A DNA stretch of 64,000 nt from Nitrospinales bacterium (GCA_965223795.1 CBDCXL010000002.1:2208001-2272000); one strand, 5' to 3'. Shown: positions 41,612-52,404, numbered from the stretch's first letter. Translations and numbers: made by a program. Notes: generated from the letters alone by a model not told the origin.

Positions 41612-42544
41612 TTACATCCACAAAAGTTTCCACTTGAGGGAGAGAGAATCTTCGGCGCCGCCGGTGGCGCGGAAGGACACGCGGCGGACGAGGGAGCGCA
41701 GCATTCCTGCGGCGAAGCTGATGCGGTAGAGCACGCGCAGAAACACGTTCCAGAACCAGTTGTAGTGTTTGGAAAAAAAATAGAGGTCGCTCTTGTACGA
41801 TTCGACGATCACTTTCTCGCGCACGCCGGGCTGATGGGTGCTCTGGCCCTGGTAGTGGCGGATCTTCGTTTCCGGAAAGTAGGCGATCTTCGCGCCCGCC
41901 TGGCGGGCGCGGCGGCAGAAATCGTCTTCCTCGTTGTAAAGAAAATAATTTTCGTCCAGAAGCCCGATGCTCTCGAACAGGTCGCGGCGCACGACGAAGC
42001 AGGCGCCGCCGACCACCTGCACCTCCTTTGAGGTGCGCGTCGCCATGCCGGCCCGATCGCGGGCGGAGTCGCAGCGTCCCAGGATGCGGCGCGCCGCGTC
42101 CATCGGGCCGTCTTCGCGGTGGCGCATGGGGCGCACGCCGCCGTTGGCGTCGAGGATGGCGGGGCTCAGGATGAACACGTCGGTGTTGACGTTCAAATAG
42201 TCGATGATTTTTTGAAAGCTGTTCTCGATGAGCCGGGTGTCCGGGTTGAGCAGCACGACGTATTTGCCCCGGCATTTGCGGATCGCTTCGTTGCAGCCGG
42301 CGGAGAAACCGCGGTTGAAGGAATTTTCCTCGAGCAGCACATCGGGAAACTTCTTTTGCACCGCTTCCAGGCTGTGATCGTCCGAATGGTTGTCCACCAC
42401 CCGGATTTCCATTTTAATTTTAGGGGTGTTGCGGTAGACCGAGTCCAGGCACTCGACAAGGTGATCGCGCGTGTTGAAACTGACGATGACGATGCTGAGC
42501 TCCAGCTCGGGCGGCTGGGGAAATCTGAAGGGAGGCCGGATCAC
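41612..42544 (-). CDS. Glycosyltransferase family 2 (WbbL-like)
   Basis: SIVIVSFN, VVDNHSDD, NRGFSAGCN, LLNPDT, DENYFLYNEEDD; AGGAG RBS before GTG 42544. Confidence 0.9.
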   Translation of the reverse strand: MIRPPFRFPQPPELELSIVIVSFNTRDHLVECLDSVYRNTPKIKMEIRVVDNHSDDHSLEAVQKKFPDVLLEENSFNRGFSAGCNEAIRKCRGKYVVLLNPDTRLIENSFQKIIDYLNVNTDVFILSPAILDANGGVRPMRHREDGPMDAARRILGRCDSARDRAGMATRTSKEVQVVGGACFVVRRDLFESIGLLDENYFLYNEEDDFCRRARQAGAKIAYFPETKIRHYQGQSTHQPGVREKVIVESYKSDLYFFSKHYNWFWNVFLRVLYRISFAAGMLRSLVRRVSFRATGGAEDSLSLKWKLLWM

Positions 42545-42701
42545 AGGGCTCCTTTGAAGCGGCGCTTGCGCGGGCGGTTGCGGTCTGCCGGGGCTGTTCC
42601 CGATTCCGATAGGGTAGCACAGATCTCGCGCCTTGCTTTGTGCTATTTTATTGGCGACAATGAGCGGGTTTGAATTCGGACTATTTTTCAGGAGTTTTAC
42701 C

Positions 42702-43806
42702 ATGCTGGATGAGTTTAAAAAAGGGTACGAGGACGTGGAACGGCGAGTGGGACTGCTCCGGAGGTATCTTTGACGTCGACCATCATCTGAAGGAAATCGA
42801 AACGCTCGATGAGGAAGTGGCCAAGCCGGGCTTCTGGGACGACAACGAGACGGCGCAGAAAACGCTGCAGAAACGCTCGGGGCTGCAGCGCAACGTCGAC
42901 ATCTGGAAGGAGCTCAATCAGGAGGGCGAGGACGTGCAGGCCATGATCGAGCTTCTGGCGGAAGAAGAGGACGAATCTCTGGCCGCGGAGATTCAGTCCA
43001 CGCTCGATGCGTTGCAGGGGAAGCTGTCGCAGGCGGAACTGAAGGCGATGCTTTCCGGAGACAACGATCTGAACAACGCCATCCTGTCCATCAATTCCGG
43101 TGCCGGCGGCACGGAATCGCAGGACTGGGCGCACATGCTGCTGCGCATGTACACGCGCTGGGCCGACCGCAACAGCTACAAATCGGAGATCCTCGACATG
43201 CAGTACGGCGAGGAAGCGGGGATCAAAAGCGCCACGGTCCTCATCACCGGCGATTACGCATACGGCTATCTGAAAGCGGAGATCGGCGTGCACCGGCTGG
43301 TGCGCATCTCGCCGTTCGATTCCAACAAGCGCCGCCACACCTCGTTCGCCTCGGTGTTCGTGTACCCGGAAATCCAGGACGAGATCGAAATCGAGGTGAA
43401 GGAGGAGGACCTCAAGGTCGACGTGTACCGCGCTTCCGGGCCGGGCGGTCAGGGCGTGAACACCACGGATTCCGCGGTGCGGCTGACGCACGTTCCGACC
43501 GGCATCATCGTGCAGTGCCAGAACGAGCGCTCGCAGTTCAAGAACAAGGCCTCGGCGATGAAGGTGTTGAAGTCGCGCCTGTACGAGCTGGAGATGGAAA
43601 AGCAGGAAGAGGAAAAGAAAGAGATGGAAAAGCAGAAAAAGAAAATCGAATGGGGCAGCCAGATCCGCTCGTACGTGCTGCATCCGTACCGCATGGCGAA
43701 GGACCTGCGCACCAATGTGGAGATGGGCAACGTGGACGCGGTGCTGGACGGCGACCTGGAAAAGTTCATCGAAGCGTATCTGCTGCAAAGCAAGGAAACC
43801 GCGTGA
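42702..43806 (+). CDS. prfB: Peptide chain release factor 2, programmed +1 frameshift
   Basis: ATG 42702 MLDEFKKG...RRYL then CTT TGA C (42768-42774); downstream frame has GGTESQDWA, SPF, GGQ. Confidence 0.97.
42760..42774 (+). promoter_or_regulatory. prfB frameshift cassette
   Basis: GGAGG-TAT-CTT-TGA-C: internal Shine-Dalgarno, slippery codon and stop. Confidence 0.95.
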
Positions 43807-44837
43807 AACCGATTCTGCATCCCAAACTGGTGAACGACCGCTTCGGCGATCCGGGACTGCTGGTGCAGTTTCTCCACGAGCGGCGGGCGCTGCTGTTCGA
43901 CCTGGGGGACATCTCCGCCCTGTCCAACGCCACGCTGCTCAAAGTCAGCCACGTGTTCGTGAGCCACACGCACATCGATCATTTCTACGGCTTCGACCAC
44001 CTGCTGCGCATGGTGTTCGGCCGCGGCAAGACGCTGACGCTGTACGGCCCGGAGCACTTCATCGCCAACGTCGAGGGCAAGCTCAAAGGCTTCACCTGGA
44101 ATCTGGTGGACCGCTACAGCGAGTCGATCACGATCGCAGCGGTGGAGGTGCATCCCGATCATCTGCGCAAAGCCACGTTCCGCGCCATCGACAAGTTCGC
44201 GCGCAGCGGGGAAACGCGTCTGCCCTTTGAGGACGGCGTCCTGCTGGAGGAACCGACGTTCTGCGTGCGCGCGGCGATCCTCGAGCACCGCGTTCCCTGC
44301 CTGGGATTCGCGCTCGAGGAGAAGCAGCACGTGAGCGTGAAGAAAGACGTGCTGGAGGCGCAGGATATCGCCAAAGGGCCCTGGCTCAACGAGATCAAGC
44401 GGCTCATCTGCGAAGGCGCTTCGGACGATCACATCATCCGCGTGCCGCTCAGCGGCAACGGGCAGGAGCGCTTCCGCGAGACGACGCTCGGCCGGTTGAA
44501 GGAAGAGCTGGTCACCGTGTGCGCCGGGCAGAAAATCGCCTACGTGGTGGACACGGTGTTCAACGACACCAACAACCGACGGATCGTCGATCTGGTGCGG
44601 GGGGCGGATCTGTTTTTCTGCGAGTCGCCGTTTCTCGCGGAAGAGGTGGATCGCGCGCGCGACCGCTGCCACCTCACGTCCCGCCAGGCGGGGCTGCTGG
44701 CCCGTGAAGCGGGGGTGCGGAAACTGCTGACCTTTCATTTTTCTCCCAAACACAGCGGTGAGGAAGCACGGCTCGACCGGGAAGCGCAGGACGCGTTCCG
44801 GGAAGGCGCCGCCGCTGTGAACGACGGACCGCGCTGA
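43803..44837 (+). CDS. RNase Z-like metallo-beta-lactamase fold protein
   Basis: FDLGD, SHTHIDHFYG (HxHxDH), LEHRVPCLG, VVDT, HFSPKH; GTG overlaps prfB stop. Confidence 0.85.
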   Translation: MKPILHPKLVNDRFGDPGLLVQFLHERRALLFDLGDISALSNATLLKVSHVFVSHTHIDHFYGFDHLLRMVFGRGKTLTLYGPEHFIANVEGKLKGFTWNLVDRYSESITIAAVEVHPDHLRKATFRAIDKFARSGETRLPFEDGVLLEEPTFCVRAAILEHRVPCLGFALEEKQHVSVKKDVLEAQDIAKGPWLNEIKRLICEGASDDHIIRVPLSGNGQERFRETTLGRLKEELVTVCAGQKIAYVVDTVFNDTNNRRIVDLVRGADLFFCESPFLAEEVDRARDRCHLTSRQAGLLAREAGVRKLLTFHFSPKHSGEEARLDREAQDAFREGAAAVNDGPR

Positions 44838-44888
44838 TTTTCAGCGCAGACGCACGGTCCCCACTCTCCACTTACCAGGAGTCGGCGC

Positions 44889-45590
44889 ATGTCCTCCGAT
44901 GCGGGTGACGCCAAGCCCCGGACTTCCTTTCTGGCCACGCTCTCGATCAAGCTGCGGCAGGTCCTGTTTCCCGGTTCGCAGCGGTTCTGGGAAACGCGCT
45001 ACGCGCTGGGCGGCGATTCGGGAAACGGTTCCTACGGCAAGCTCGCCGCTTTCAAGGCGGAGGTGATCAACGGCTTCGTGCAGCGGAACAACATCCAGAG
45101 CGTCATCGAATTCGGCTGCGGCGACGGCAATCAACTGGCGCTCGGGCGTTACCCCAAATACACCGGACTCGATGTGTCCGCCTCCGCAATCGCCCGCTGC
45201 CACGAGCGGTTCCGCGGCGATGCGGCAAAAAGTTTTTTTCTCTACAGCCCGTTTCATTTTGTGGACCGGCAGGGACTCTTTCGCGCCGAGCTGGCGCTGT
45301 CGCTGGATGTGATCTATCATCTGGTCGAGGATGCGGTGTTCGAAACCTACTTGACGCATCTGTTCGCGTCCGCCGAAAAGTATGTGCTGGTCTACTCCAG
45401 CAACAGTGAAAAGACTGGAGGGCTGCAGGCCCGGCACGTGCGGCACCGGCACGTCACCCGTTATATTGAAGAAACCTTCCGCGACTGGCGGCTGGTCGAG
45501 ACGATCCCCAACCGCTTTCCCGGCTCCGGAATCCTGGGCAACGATTCCTGCGCCGATTTTTTTATCTTCGAGTTTCACCCCTGCCGTTGA
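44889..45590 (+). CDS. Class I SAM-dependent methyltransferase
   Basis: WETRY..GGDSGNGS, IEFGCGDG, GLDVS, LSLDVIYHL; AGGAG RBS. Confidence 0.85.
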   Translation: MSSDAGDAKPRTSFLATLSIKLRQVLFPGSQRFWETRYALGGDSGNGSYGKLAAFKAEVINGFVQRNNIQSVIEFGCGDGNQLALGRYPKYTGLDVSASAIARCHERFRGDAAKSFFLYSPFHFVDRQGLFRAELALSLDVIYHLVEDAVFETYLTHLFASAEKYVLVYSSNSEKTGGLQARHVRHRHVTRYIEETFRDWRLVETIPNRFPGSGILGNDSCADFFIFEFHPCR

Positions 45591-45626
45591 GGCGCCAACG
45601 TGCGCCTTTCTCTTCCCGGTGGTTCG

Positions 45627-47117
45627 ATGGTTCTGATCGATTTCGCAGCCTGGATGATCCTGGCTTTTGTCCTGATTGCGCGCTCCTGCACGGTCCGTTC
45701 CGTGTGGGAAACGGCGGCGCTCGCGTTCGCGCTGGCGCTCGGATTCAAAAGTCTGCTGCTCTATGCGCTCATCGCCTTCGGGGTGAAACCGGACCGCTGG
45801 CTTCAATTGAGCCTCGGCATCGCCGTACTGTACGGCGGCGCGGCGTGGTTCCTGCTGCGTTTCAAGTCCCTGCGCCGAACCGCTTTGCGTGAAAACCAAT
45901 CGCGGATCGTTTTTATTTGCATTGCGGTATTGTGTGTTCTGGTGCTGCTGAGCCTGGCCAACGCCCTGTTTTTCCCGGTCACCGGGGTGGACGGCATCTG
46001 GTACGAACTCAGAGGCAGGGTTCTGTTGCATGAAGTGCGGTTCGAATCGGACACCCTGAACGCGCAGTTGAGCCAGTATCCTCCCCTGACACCGCTGCTG
46101 TATGCCTGGCTGATCTCCTTCGGCGTGGAACCGGTCAAGCTGCTCTTTCCGCTGCTGTACCTTTGTCTGTTGACGCTGTTTTATTTCCGGCTAAAAGCCG
46201 GGAGCCGCAGCCCCCGGCTGGCCGCCGCGTTCACACTGGTTCTGGGCAGCACGCCGTATTTCTGGTGGCACAGCACGCTGCCGTTTCTCGATCTGACCAC
46301 GGCGTTTTATTATTCCACCGGCGCCCTGTATGGGTTTTCCCTGCTGCGAAAATGGCAGGAAGGCGGCGTCGATTCGCAGGACGTCGCCGACGCCTGTTTG
46401 AGCGGCGCGTTGTTCGGACTGGCGGCCTGGAACCGTCCCGAGTTTCTGCTTTATAACTCCATCTCGTTGGCGATGATCATTCTTGCCTTGAACAAGGACC
46501 TGCCATCCAGACGCCGCCTGCTGTGGGCGTTCGCGGTGCCGCTGCTGGCGCTGCCGACGCTGTGGCTTTGCACGTTGTTCACGTTCGATTCCCCGCTCGA
46601 AAGACGGATTCCCGCGCTGGCTATGGCGTGCGGCGCGCAGTGGCTGCTGGTGGGCGCGGCTTCCTGTCTCACATTGCGGTTCGGATTCAAACGGCTGGCT
46701 GGGCTGGCCGTGGCGGGGAGCCTTTTGTTTGTCCTGTTCATCGTTTTTTTCGGTCCGCGCTCTGTTTCCGCGGGGCAGGCGATGTGGATCGCGTTCAGCC
46801 GCACCGTCAGCGTGCACGGTTTCTATTCGTTCAGTGCCTGGCTTGCGCTTCTGCTGTTTGTGCGGCAGAGTGCCTGGCCGCCGTTGCAGCGTGGCCTGGG
46901 GGGATTTCTGCTTTTGTATCTTTTGGTTCACTTCATGCTTTTTTCTTATTCGGAGCCGAGGTGGACCGGCATGGACGCGTTTATTGAAGCGACGTTTCGA
47001 TCTCCCGGCAACTCGGTGAACCTTTCGGACACGCGCGGGATGATGGCGTGGTACCCGGTGTTTCTGTTTTTCATTTCCCGCCTGCCGGTGGTGAGGAGGG
47101 CGTTCGATGCGGATTGA
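45627..47117 (+). CDS. Polytopic membrane protein, GT-C-like
   Basis: Many TM segments, loop with GVDGIWY and YPPLTP; start 45627 or 45600. Confidence 0.65.
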   Translation: MVLIDFAAWMILAFVLIARSCTVRSVWETAALAFALALGFKSLLLYALIAFGVKPDRWLQLSLGIAVLYGGAAWFLLRFKSLRRTALRENQSRIVFICIAVLCVLVLLSLANALFFPVTGVDGIWYELRGRVLLHEVRFESDTLNAQLSQYPPLTPLLYAWLISFGVEPVKLLFPLLYLCLLTLFYFRLKAGSRSPRLAAAFTLVLGSTPYFWWHSTLPFLDLTTAFYYSTGALYGFSLLRKWQEGGVDSQDVADACLSGALFGLAAWNRPEFLLYNSISLAMIILALNKDLPSRRRLLWAFAVPLLALPTLWLCTLFTFDSPLERRIPALAMACGAQWLLVGAASCLTLRFGFKRLAGLAVAGSLLFVLFIVFFGPRSVSAGQAMWIAFSRTVSVHGFYSFSAWLALLLFVRQSAWPPLQRGLGGFLLLYLLVHFMLFSYSEPRWTGMDAFIEATFRSPGNSVNLSDTRGMMAWYPVFLFFISRLPVVRRAFDAD

Positions 47118-47605
47118 TGCGCGCCATGTACGGGGAATGGTTTACGCCGTGGCTCTGGGCAATCTGCTCGTGCTCGCGGCGGTGTTCATCGTTCCGCGGC
47201 TGGCGTTCATGCTGGAACACAAAAGCTCCGCCCATGCAGAACGGCTGGCAACTGAAGGGCCGGAATGACATGCCCAACCAGTTCGCCGGTGTGTACCGGC
47301 AGTATGTCAAGATTCGTGAGTGGGTACCGGAGGACGCGCACGTGTTCGTGCCGCCCAAAGAAACCGCCGCGGGATCGGTGCGCGCTCCGGTGATGCAGGT
47401 GCTGTATCCCCGCAGGGTGCATTTCGGCGACGATGTGGATTTCCGAAGTCAGCTTGAACGTGCCGCAGCGCGTGCAGAGACTTTTTATTTCGTCTACGCT
47501 GCGGGCTGGCATTCCGCGTTGTGCGCTGAGGACGCGCTGTTCAGGGACGCGCGCTCGGGATGGGGTGTGTGCGGCTTTCGCGGCGGGAGCGTTGTGCGGC
47601 AATGA
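47107..47605 (+). pseudogene. Apparently frameshifted membrane-anchored protein
   Basis: ORF 47107-47268 (MRIDARH...TM) continues plausibly in the +1 frame (…NGWQLKGRNDMPNQF…LYPRRV) to 47605. Confidence 0.5.
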
Positions 47606-48533
47606 ACAGATCGCGGTACCAGAACGCCAGCACGAAGGCCGTGAGCCATTCGAACAGACGATCGACCACAGCGGCGATGAGGCCCGCCTGAAACCCGGTT
47701 CCGAGCACTCTCGACAGAAAGCCCACCGTCAACTCGCGGGAGCCGAGATCGCTTTGCAACATAGGCAGCAGGCGCACGAAGGCCATGACGGTGGTGAACA
47801 GGATGCAGGACACAAAACTCACGTCGATGCCGATCACGCTGAAGGCAAGGTGCAGCCGCAATGCCACGATCAGCAGCAGCGCGCCATTTAAGACGCACAA
47901 CGAGCGGATCAGCGGCTTGTCGTTGAGCAGCCCGTCCAGAGAATCGAAGGCTTGTGCCAAAGCATGGGACAATCGCGAGCCGCCAGGTTGAAAACGGAAG
48001 CGGCGCCGCCGGATGAAAACCAGAGTCCCGGCAAGGCCAAAAAACGCGGCGGCCGCCCAGCCGAACGGTTTTTCCAGATGAAAGGTCAGGTACAGCGCGG
48101 CCCCTCCGCCCATTGCGGCGTTGATGAACATCAGGATGAGATGGTCCGCGCCGAGGGTGCCGATGAAGCGCGCATACGAAAACCCGTGCCGCTGTTTCAG
48201 ATGATGCGAAACCGCGAGCGCGCCGGACTTGAAAAACAGGCTGTTCAAAGCGGCGGAAACGGACGCCAGCCCGAAGGCTTCCTGCGCGGGCAGGCGGATG
48301 CCGTGGGCGTGCAGGATGCGTGAGAGTTTGAAGCCGTTGACCGCGATGCCCGAGACGGCGAGCGCCGTCAACCCCAGAGCCTGCGCAATAGTGATGCCGC
48401 TTAAAAGCTGCCACGCATCCCGATATTGAACCAGAAAATAAACCAGAACGGCGGCGAACACGGCGGACACGAGCCAGCCCAGCCAGCGCCGTGTCCCTGG
48501 ACGCGGCGCGGCGTCCTGCGGTTCAGGATTCAT
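47541..48533 (-). CDS. Lysylphosphatidylglycerol synthase TM-domain family (flippase-like) protein
   Basis: Multi-TM, PMLQSDLGSRE resembling the family PxxxGxRE motif, VVDRL; start MNPEPQ. Confidence 0.7.
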   Translation of the reverse strand: MNPEPQDAAPRPGTRRWLGWLVSAVFAAVLVYFLVQYRDAWQLLSGITIAQALGLTALAVSGIAVNGFKLSRILHAHGIRLPAQEAFGLASVSAALNSLFFKSGALAVSHHLKQRHGFSYARFIGTLGADHLILMFINAAMGGGAALYLTFHLEKPFGWAAAAFFGLAGTLVFIRRRRFRFQPGGSRLSHALAQAFDSLDGLLNDKPLIRSLCVLNGALLLIVALRLHLAFSVIGIDVSFVSCILFTTVMAFVRLLPMLQSDLGSRELTVGFLSRVLGTGFQAGLIAAVVDRLFEWLTAFVLAFWYRDLFIAAQRSRRESRTHPIPSARP

Positions 48534-49638
48534 GGCGGCTGTTTTCGTGATAAGGCGCGAGCCTGTCGAGGATGATCTCTGTGGGCGAGGCGGTGTCCGT
48601 GAGCGGCGCTCGCCGGAATTCCGGGTAGCGGTGCACGAAATCGTCGATGAGGTTTTCGTCGAATCGGGAGAGCACGGCGTTTTCGCCGAGTCCTTCCACG
48701 CGTTCGGTCTCCTCGCGCAACAGCAGGCAGGGGATGCCAAGGTAATGGCATTCCTCCTGGTTGCTGCCGCCGTCGCTGACGATGAATTCCGCTTTGCGGA
48801 GCATGCGGCTGAAGGCGAAAAAATCCAGCCGCGGTAAAAGCTCAATGCGGGGATGCCTTTCCAGCGTTTCGTAGAGAGAACATTTTTTCAGGGCGACGCG
48901 CGTTGGCGGATGCAGGATGAACTTCAAGGGCAGGGTCCTGGCGATGCGGGTGACGCGGTCCACGGCCCTGGCGAGCGTGCTGCGGCGGGCGATGGTTTCG
49001 TAGCGGTGCAGCGTCACGAGGGCGAATGTTTTCCGCGAGCCGTTCACCGGCGCAGCGGACCCACCGTTGCCGTTGTCGGCCAGACGCAGCGCGTCGAGCA
49101 GCGTGTTGAAGCGGGTGTGGTGGGTCTCGCGTTTGTAGGCATCGACGTTGCGCACGGCCTTGTCGTCCTGACAGAAAAAGATGTCGATCACACCCAGCCG
49201 CGATGCGAGAACGCGGGTCAGCTCTTCGGGAAACGGTTTGAGCAGGTTGAAGGAGCGCAGCCCCGCCTCGATCTGCGCCACCTTGAGTCCCTGAAACTTC
49301 GCCAGCAGCCCGCCCAGAAGCAGCGGCGGCGCGTCGCCGTGGATCAGCACGACGCCGCTCCTGTCGCCCTTGAAGATGCGGTTGCGATTGCGCCAGCCGC
49401 CCGCCAGCACCTTGAGCGACCAGAGCACCATCTCGCGCGTGCGCGTGATGTCTTTCCCCCAGTCTTCGATGACGGTGTCGGGCGGTTTGACGCCGAACTG
49501 GTCGAGGATTTCTGCGAGCGTCTCCTTGTGCTGCGCCAGCAGGATGAAGTTGTAGGGAATGCCCTTATCCTGCAGCCCCTTGAGCACCGGCGCCATCTTG
49601 ATGGCCTGCGCGCGGGTTCCCAGGATCGCGTGAATCAT
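48523..49638 (-). CDS. UDP-N-acetylglucosamine 2-epimerase family protein
   Basis: LGTRAQAIKMAP, IHGD, IEAGLRS, PFPEE, TLHRYE, SDGGSNQEE, TERVEG. Confidence 0.9.
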   Translation of the reverse strand: MIHAILGTRAQAIKMAPVLKGLQDKGIPYNFILLAQHKETLAEILDQFGVKPPDTVIEDWGKDITRTREMVLWSLKVLAGGWRNRNRIFKGDRSGVVLIHGDAPPLLLGGLLAKFQGLKVAQIEAGLRSFNLLKPFPEELTRVLASRLGVIDIFFCQDDKAVRNVDAYKRETHHTRFNTLLDALRLADNGNGGSAAPVNGSRKTFALVTLHRYETIARRSTLARAVDRVTRIARTLPLKFILHPPTRVALKKCSLYETLERHPRIELLPRLDFFAFSRMLRKAEFIVSDGGSNQEECHYLGIPCLLLREETERVEGLGENAVLSRFDENLIDDFVHRYPEFRRAPLTDTASPTEIILDRLAPYHENSRHES

Positions 49639-50594
49639 AACGGGATGTGTTCTTCGGATTCGAGTTCGCTTTTTTTGATGCGGACCTGGATGTCTTCTAA
49701 AAGCTGGCGGTTGATGGAGATCAGTTCCGCGGCGATGCCCATCATGATGATCTGGAATCCGACGATGAGCAGGATGGCGGACAGGATGAGCGACTGCACG
49801 TGCCCTTCGGTGCGTCCCTGAAAGAAAAAGAACAGGTAGCGGCAGCCGATGGCGAAGCCGGTGAGAAACGACGCGCCGCCGGCAATGGTGAACACCTTGA
49901 GCGGCTTGTGCATGGAATACACTTTGATGAGGGTGACCAGCGTGCGCATCAGGTAGACGCGGATGCTGGGAAACAGCCGCGACTCGCGCAGCTTGTGGTT
50001 GGTGCGCACCGGCACGTGGGCGATGGCCAGGTTTTTCTTGCCGGCGCTGATGATGGTCTCGACGGTGTAGGTGAAGTCCGAGACCACGTTGAGTTCCAGC
50101 GCCGCCTGCCGGGAATAGGCGCGGAAGCCGCTGGTGGCGTCGGGTACCTTGGTGCCGGAAAGCTGGCGCACCACCCAGCTGCCGAATTTCTGCAGCAGGA
50201 TTTTGAACCAGGAAAAATGCAGGATGGTTTCCACGCGCCGGTCGCCGATGACGAGGTCGGCGCGGCCTTCCAGGATGGGCTGGATCAGGGCGGGGATGTC
50301 GTCGGCGCAGTACTGGTTGTCCGCGTCGGTGTTGACGATGATGTCCGCGCCCAGTTTCAGAGCGTGGTTGATGCCATAGTTGAAGGCCTTGGCGAGGCCC
50401 TTGTTGCTGGTGAATTTGAGGATGTGGTCCACGCGGCAGCGGCGCGCCACCTCCACGGTGCGGTCGGTGCTGCCGTCGTCGATGATGAGGGTCTCGATGA
50501 CGTCGATGCCCTCGATGCGCCGGGGCAGCTCCCGCAGGGTTTCGGGCAGTGTGTCCTCTTCGTTGAGGCAGGGGATCTGGATGATGAGTTTCAC
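49635..50594 (-). CDS. Glycosyltransferase family 2 (polyprenol-phosphate sugar synthase-like) with C-terminal TMs
   Basis: IQIPCLNEE, DDGSTDRT, TDADNQY, DATSGFRAY, two C-terminal TMs. Confidence 0.92.
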   Translation of the reverse strand: MKLIIQIPCLNEEDTLPETLRELPRRIEGIDVIETLIIDDGSTDRTVEVARRCRVDHILKFTSNKGLAKAFNYGINHALKLGADIIVNTDADNQYCADDIPALIQPILEGRADLVIGDRRVETILHFSWFKILLQKFGSWVVRQLSGTKVPDATSGFRAYSRQAALELNVVSDFTYTVETIISAGKKNLAIAHVPVRTNHKLRESRLFPSIRVYLMRTLVTLIKVYSMHKPLKVFTIAGGASFLTGFAIGCRYLFFFFQGRTEGHVQSLILSAILLIVGFQIIMMGIAAELISINRQLLEDIQVRIKKSELESEEHIPL

Positions 50595-52321
50595 GGTAAC
50601 GTGGACGGGGTTGGAGGTTGCGGAGTGGAGACCGGCTTGCTGTGCAACCGGTAGACCGTCACGGTATCGCCGGTGTCCACCGGTTGAAACCGGTGCAACT
50701 GCACGTCGTAGGAATTGTTGATGCGTCCCGCGGTGATGTCCGTCGGAATCGCCCAGTATGGATGGCGGTCGAGCAGGTTGTTCAGGATGCGGGAGACGCG
50801 GTCCTCAGGCTGGGCGGTGCGGAATCCGATGCGGTCGCCGCGCAGAACGATCCAGTCCGGCCGGTGATTTTCATCGAGTGCGTCGTCGGCCAGCACGCGC
50901 AGGCCGGTGTGGAACGCCAGCGCATCCGGCTCGTTGTCAATATAGCATGTCTGTCCGGGTTTGCCGTAGGTTTTGAGAAAGCCCACCACCTCATCGAGGG
51001 GGCCGCGGTAACCCTGCCGCATCTCGAGGCTGTAGCGGTACAGGTGCGAGTTGGGCGCGACCTCTCTTTGAAATGTCCGCGCCGCGTACTCAAAATAGGG
51101 ATTGTCCGCGACCCAGCGGGAGTCCGGATTGAAAAATGGTTTGAAAGGATAAAGCGGCCCGACATGCAGGAGGTTGGTGGCGATCAGGACCGCCGCCACA
51201 CCGGTGCGGACCCAGCGCCCGCCCGGAATGCATTCCACCACCACGACCGCGAGCAGGAAAAAAAACAGAGGCAGCGCCGCGGCGACGTACTGGTGCAGGG
51301 GAATCGCGTGCAGCGAACCGGCCGCGAACAGCGAGACGATGACGAGCAGGCACAGCCGCACCGGATCGGCCGCATGCCGGGCTTTATGAAACAACAGAAG
51401 CGGCAGCAGGATGAAGGGAAAGAGATGGTTGTTGGCCTGAAACAGAAATCCCGCGAAATGTTTGAGCCAGCCCAGGAGAGAGGTATCGATGAGCCTGCTG
51501 GTCGTGTGGTAGAACTCGGAGATTTTTGCGAACACCGGATGGATGAACACAAGCCAGGGCAGACAGAACAGAGCGGTGACGGTAGCCGAGAGAGCGATTT
51601 TCTTTTTCGTTTCCACAGTGATTTCCGCCCTGCGGAAAAAAAAGTGCAGCGCCATGCCCAGGATGGTGCCCGCGAATTCGACGTACATGGTGTGGAAATA
51701 CACGATGGCCGTCACGGTGAACGGCCACGGGTTCCAGCATTTTTTGTCGAAGATCTGTGTGTAGAAGTGCAGCAGCAGCGGGGTCAAAAGAATGGGCAGC
51801 GCGATGTAGCGGGCGGTGCGGAAATACAAAAGAGCGGGCACCGAGCAGGCGAGAAACAGCGCCGCCAGGAAGGCGGTTTTCCGGCTGCCGCTCCATTTGA
51901 AGGCGAGAACATACAGCGCCACCACGGACAACACGCCCGCCAGGGCGAACGGCAGCCGCGCCGCGAACGCGGTGTTGCCGAACAGCGCGAGCGAGCCGGC
52001 CTGCAGGTAATACGGCACCCAGGTGCGGTAGACGAAGACCCCGTCGCGCACGTCCGCGTACAGCATGGTGGCGTTGACACCGTCCGAATGCCGGGGCAGG
52101 CCCGATTTTAAAATGGTGGTGCTGATGAAGGTGTCGGCGCCTTCGTCCACCTGCAGCACCGTGTCGCCGAGCCGGAAAAAAATCAGCAGCGCGGCAAGCG
52201 GGATCAGGAGAAACAGGGCGGGGTGGGTGGCTGCGCCGGAGCGCAAACGAGAGAGCTGGCCGCGGCCGCAGAAAAGACGGCCCGGCAGGGAAACCGCGGT
52301 GTTTTTTGCGCTGTATTCCAA
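50591..52321 (-). CDS. ArnT/PMT-like GT-C membrane glycosyltransferase
   Basis: LQVDE acidic motif after TM1, FAARLPFALAG, RTARY, many TMs, periplasmic C-domain; start uncertain. Confidence 0.8.
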   Translation of the reverse strand: MEYSAKNTAVSLPGRLFCGRGQLSRLRSGAATHPALFLLIPLAALLIFFRLGDTVLQVDEGADTFISTTILKSGLPRHSDGVNATMLYADVRDGVFVYRTWVPYYLQAGSLALFGNTAFAARLPFALAGVLSVVALYVLAFKWSGSRKTAFLAALFLACSVPALLYFRTARYIALPILLTPLLLHFYTQIFDKKCWNPWPFTVTAIVYFHTMYVEFAGTILGMALHFFFRRAEITVETKKKIALSATVTALFCLPWLVFIHPVFAKISEFYHTTSRLIDTSLLGWLKHFAGFLFQANNHLFPFILLPLLLFHKARHAADPVRLCLLVIVSLFAAGSLHAIPLHQYVAAALPLFFFLLAVVVVECIPGGRWVRTGVAAVLIATNLLHVGPLYPFKPFFNPDSRWVADNPYFEYAARTFQREVAPNSHLYRYSLEMRQGYRGPLDEVVGFLKTYGKPGQTCYIDNEPDALAFHTGLRVLADDALDENHRPDWIVLRGDRIGFRTAQPEDRVSRILNNLLDRHPYWAIPTDITAGRINNSYDVQLHRFQPVDTGDTVTVYRLHSKPVSTPQPPTPSTLP

Positions 52322-52404
52322 ACAGAAACCCTATGTTATCATTGGTCCCGGACTCTTAAGTCGTATCGGACGTTTGCTCCTCCACCTTTATTCCGGACCT
52401 TCCC

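Noticed and set aside
41773..41780. A8 tract as a phase-variation site (similar tracts near 51258 and 51636)
   Set aside because: The genes are in frame and such runs are explained by Phe codons
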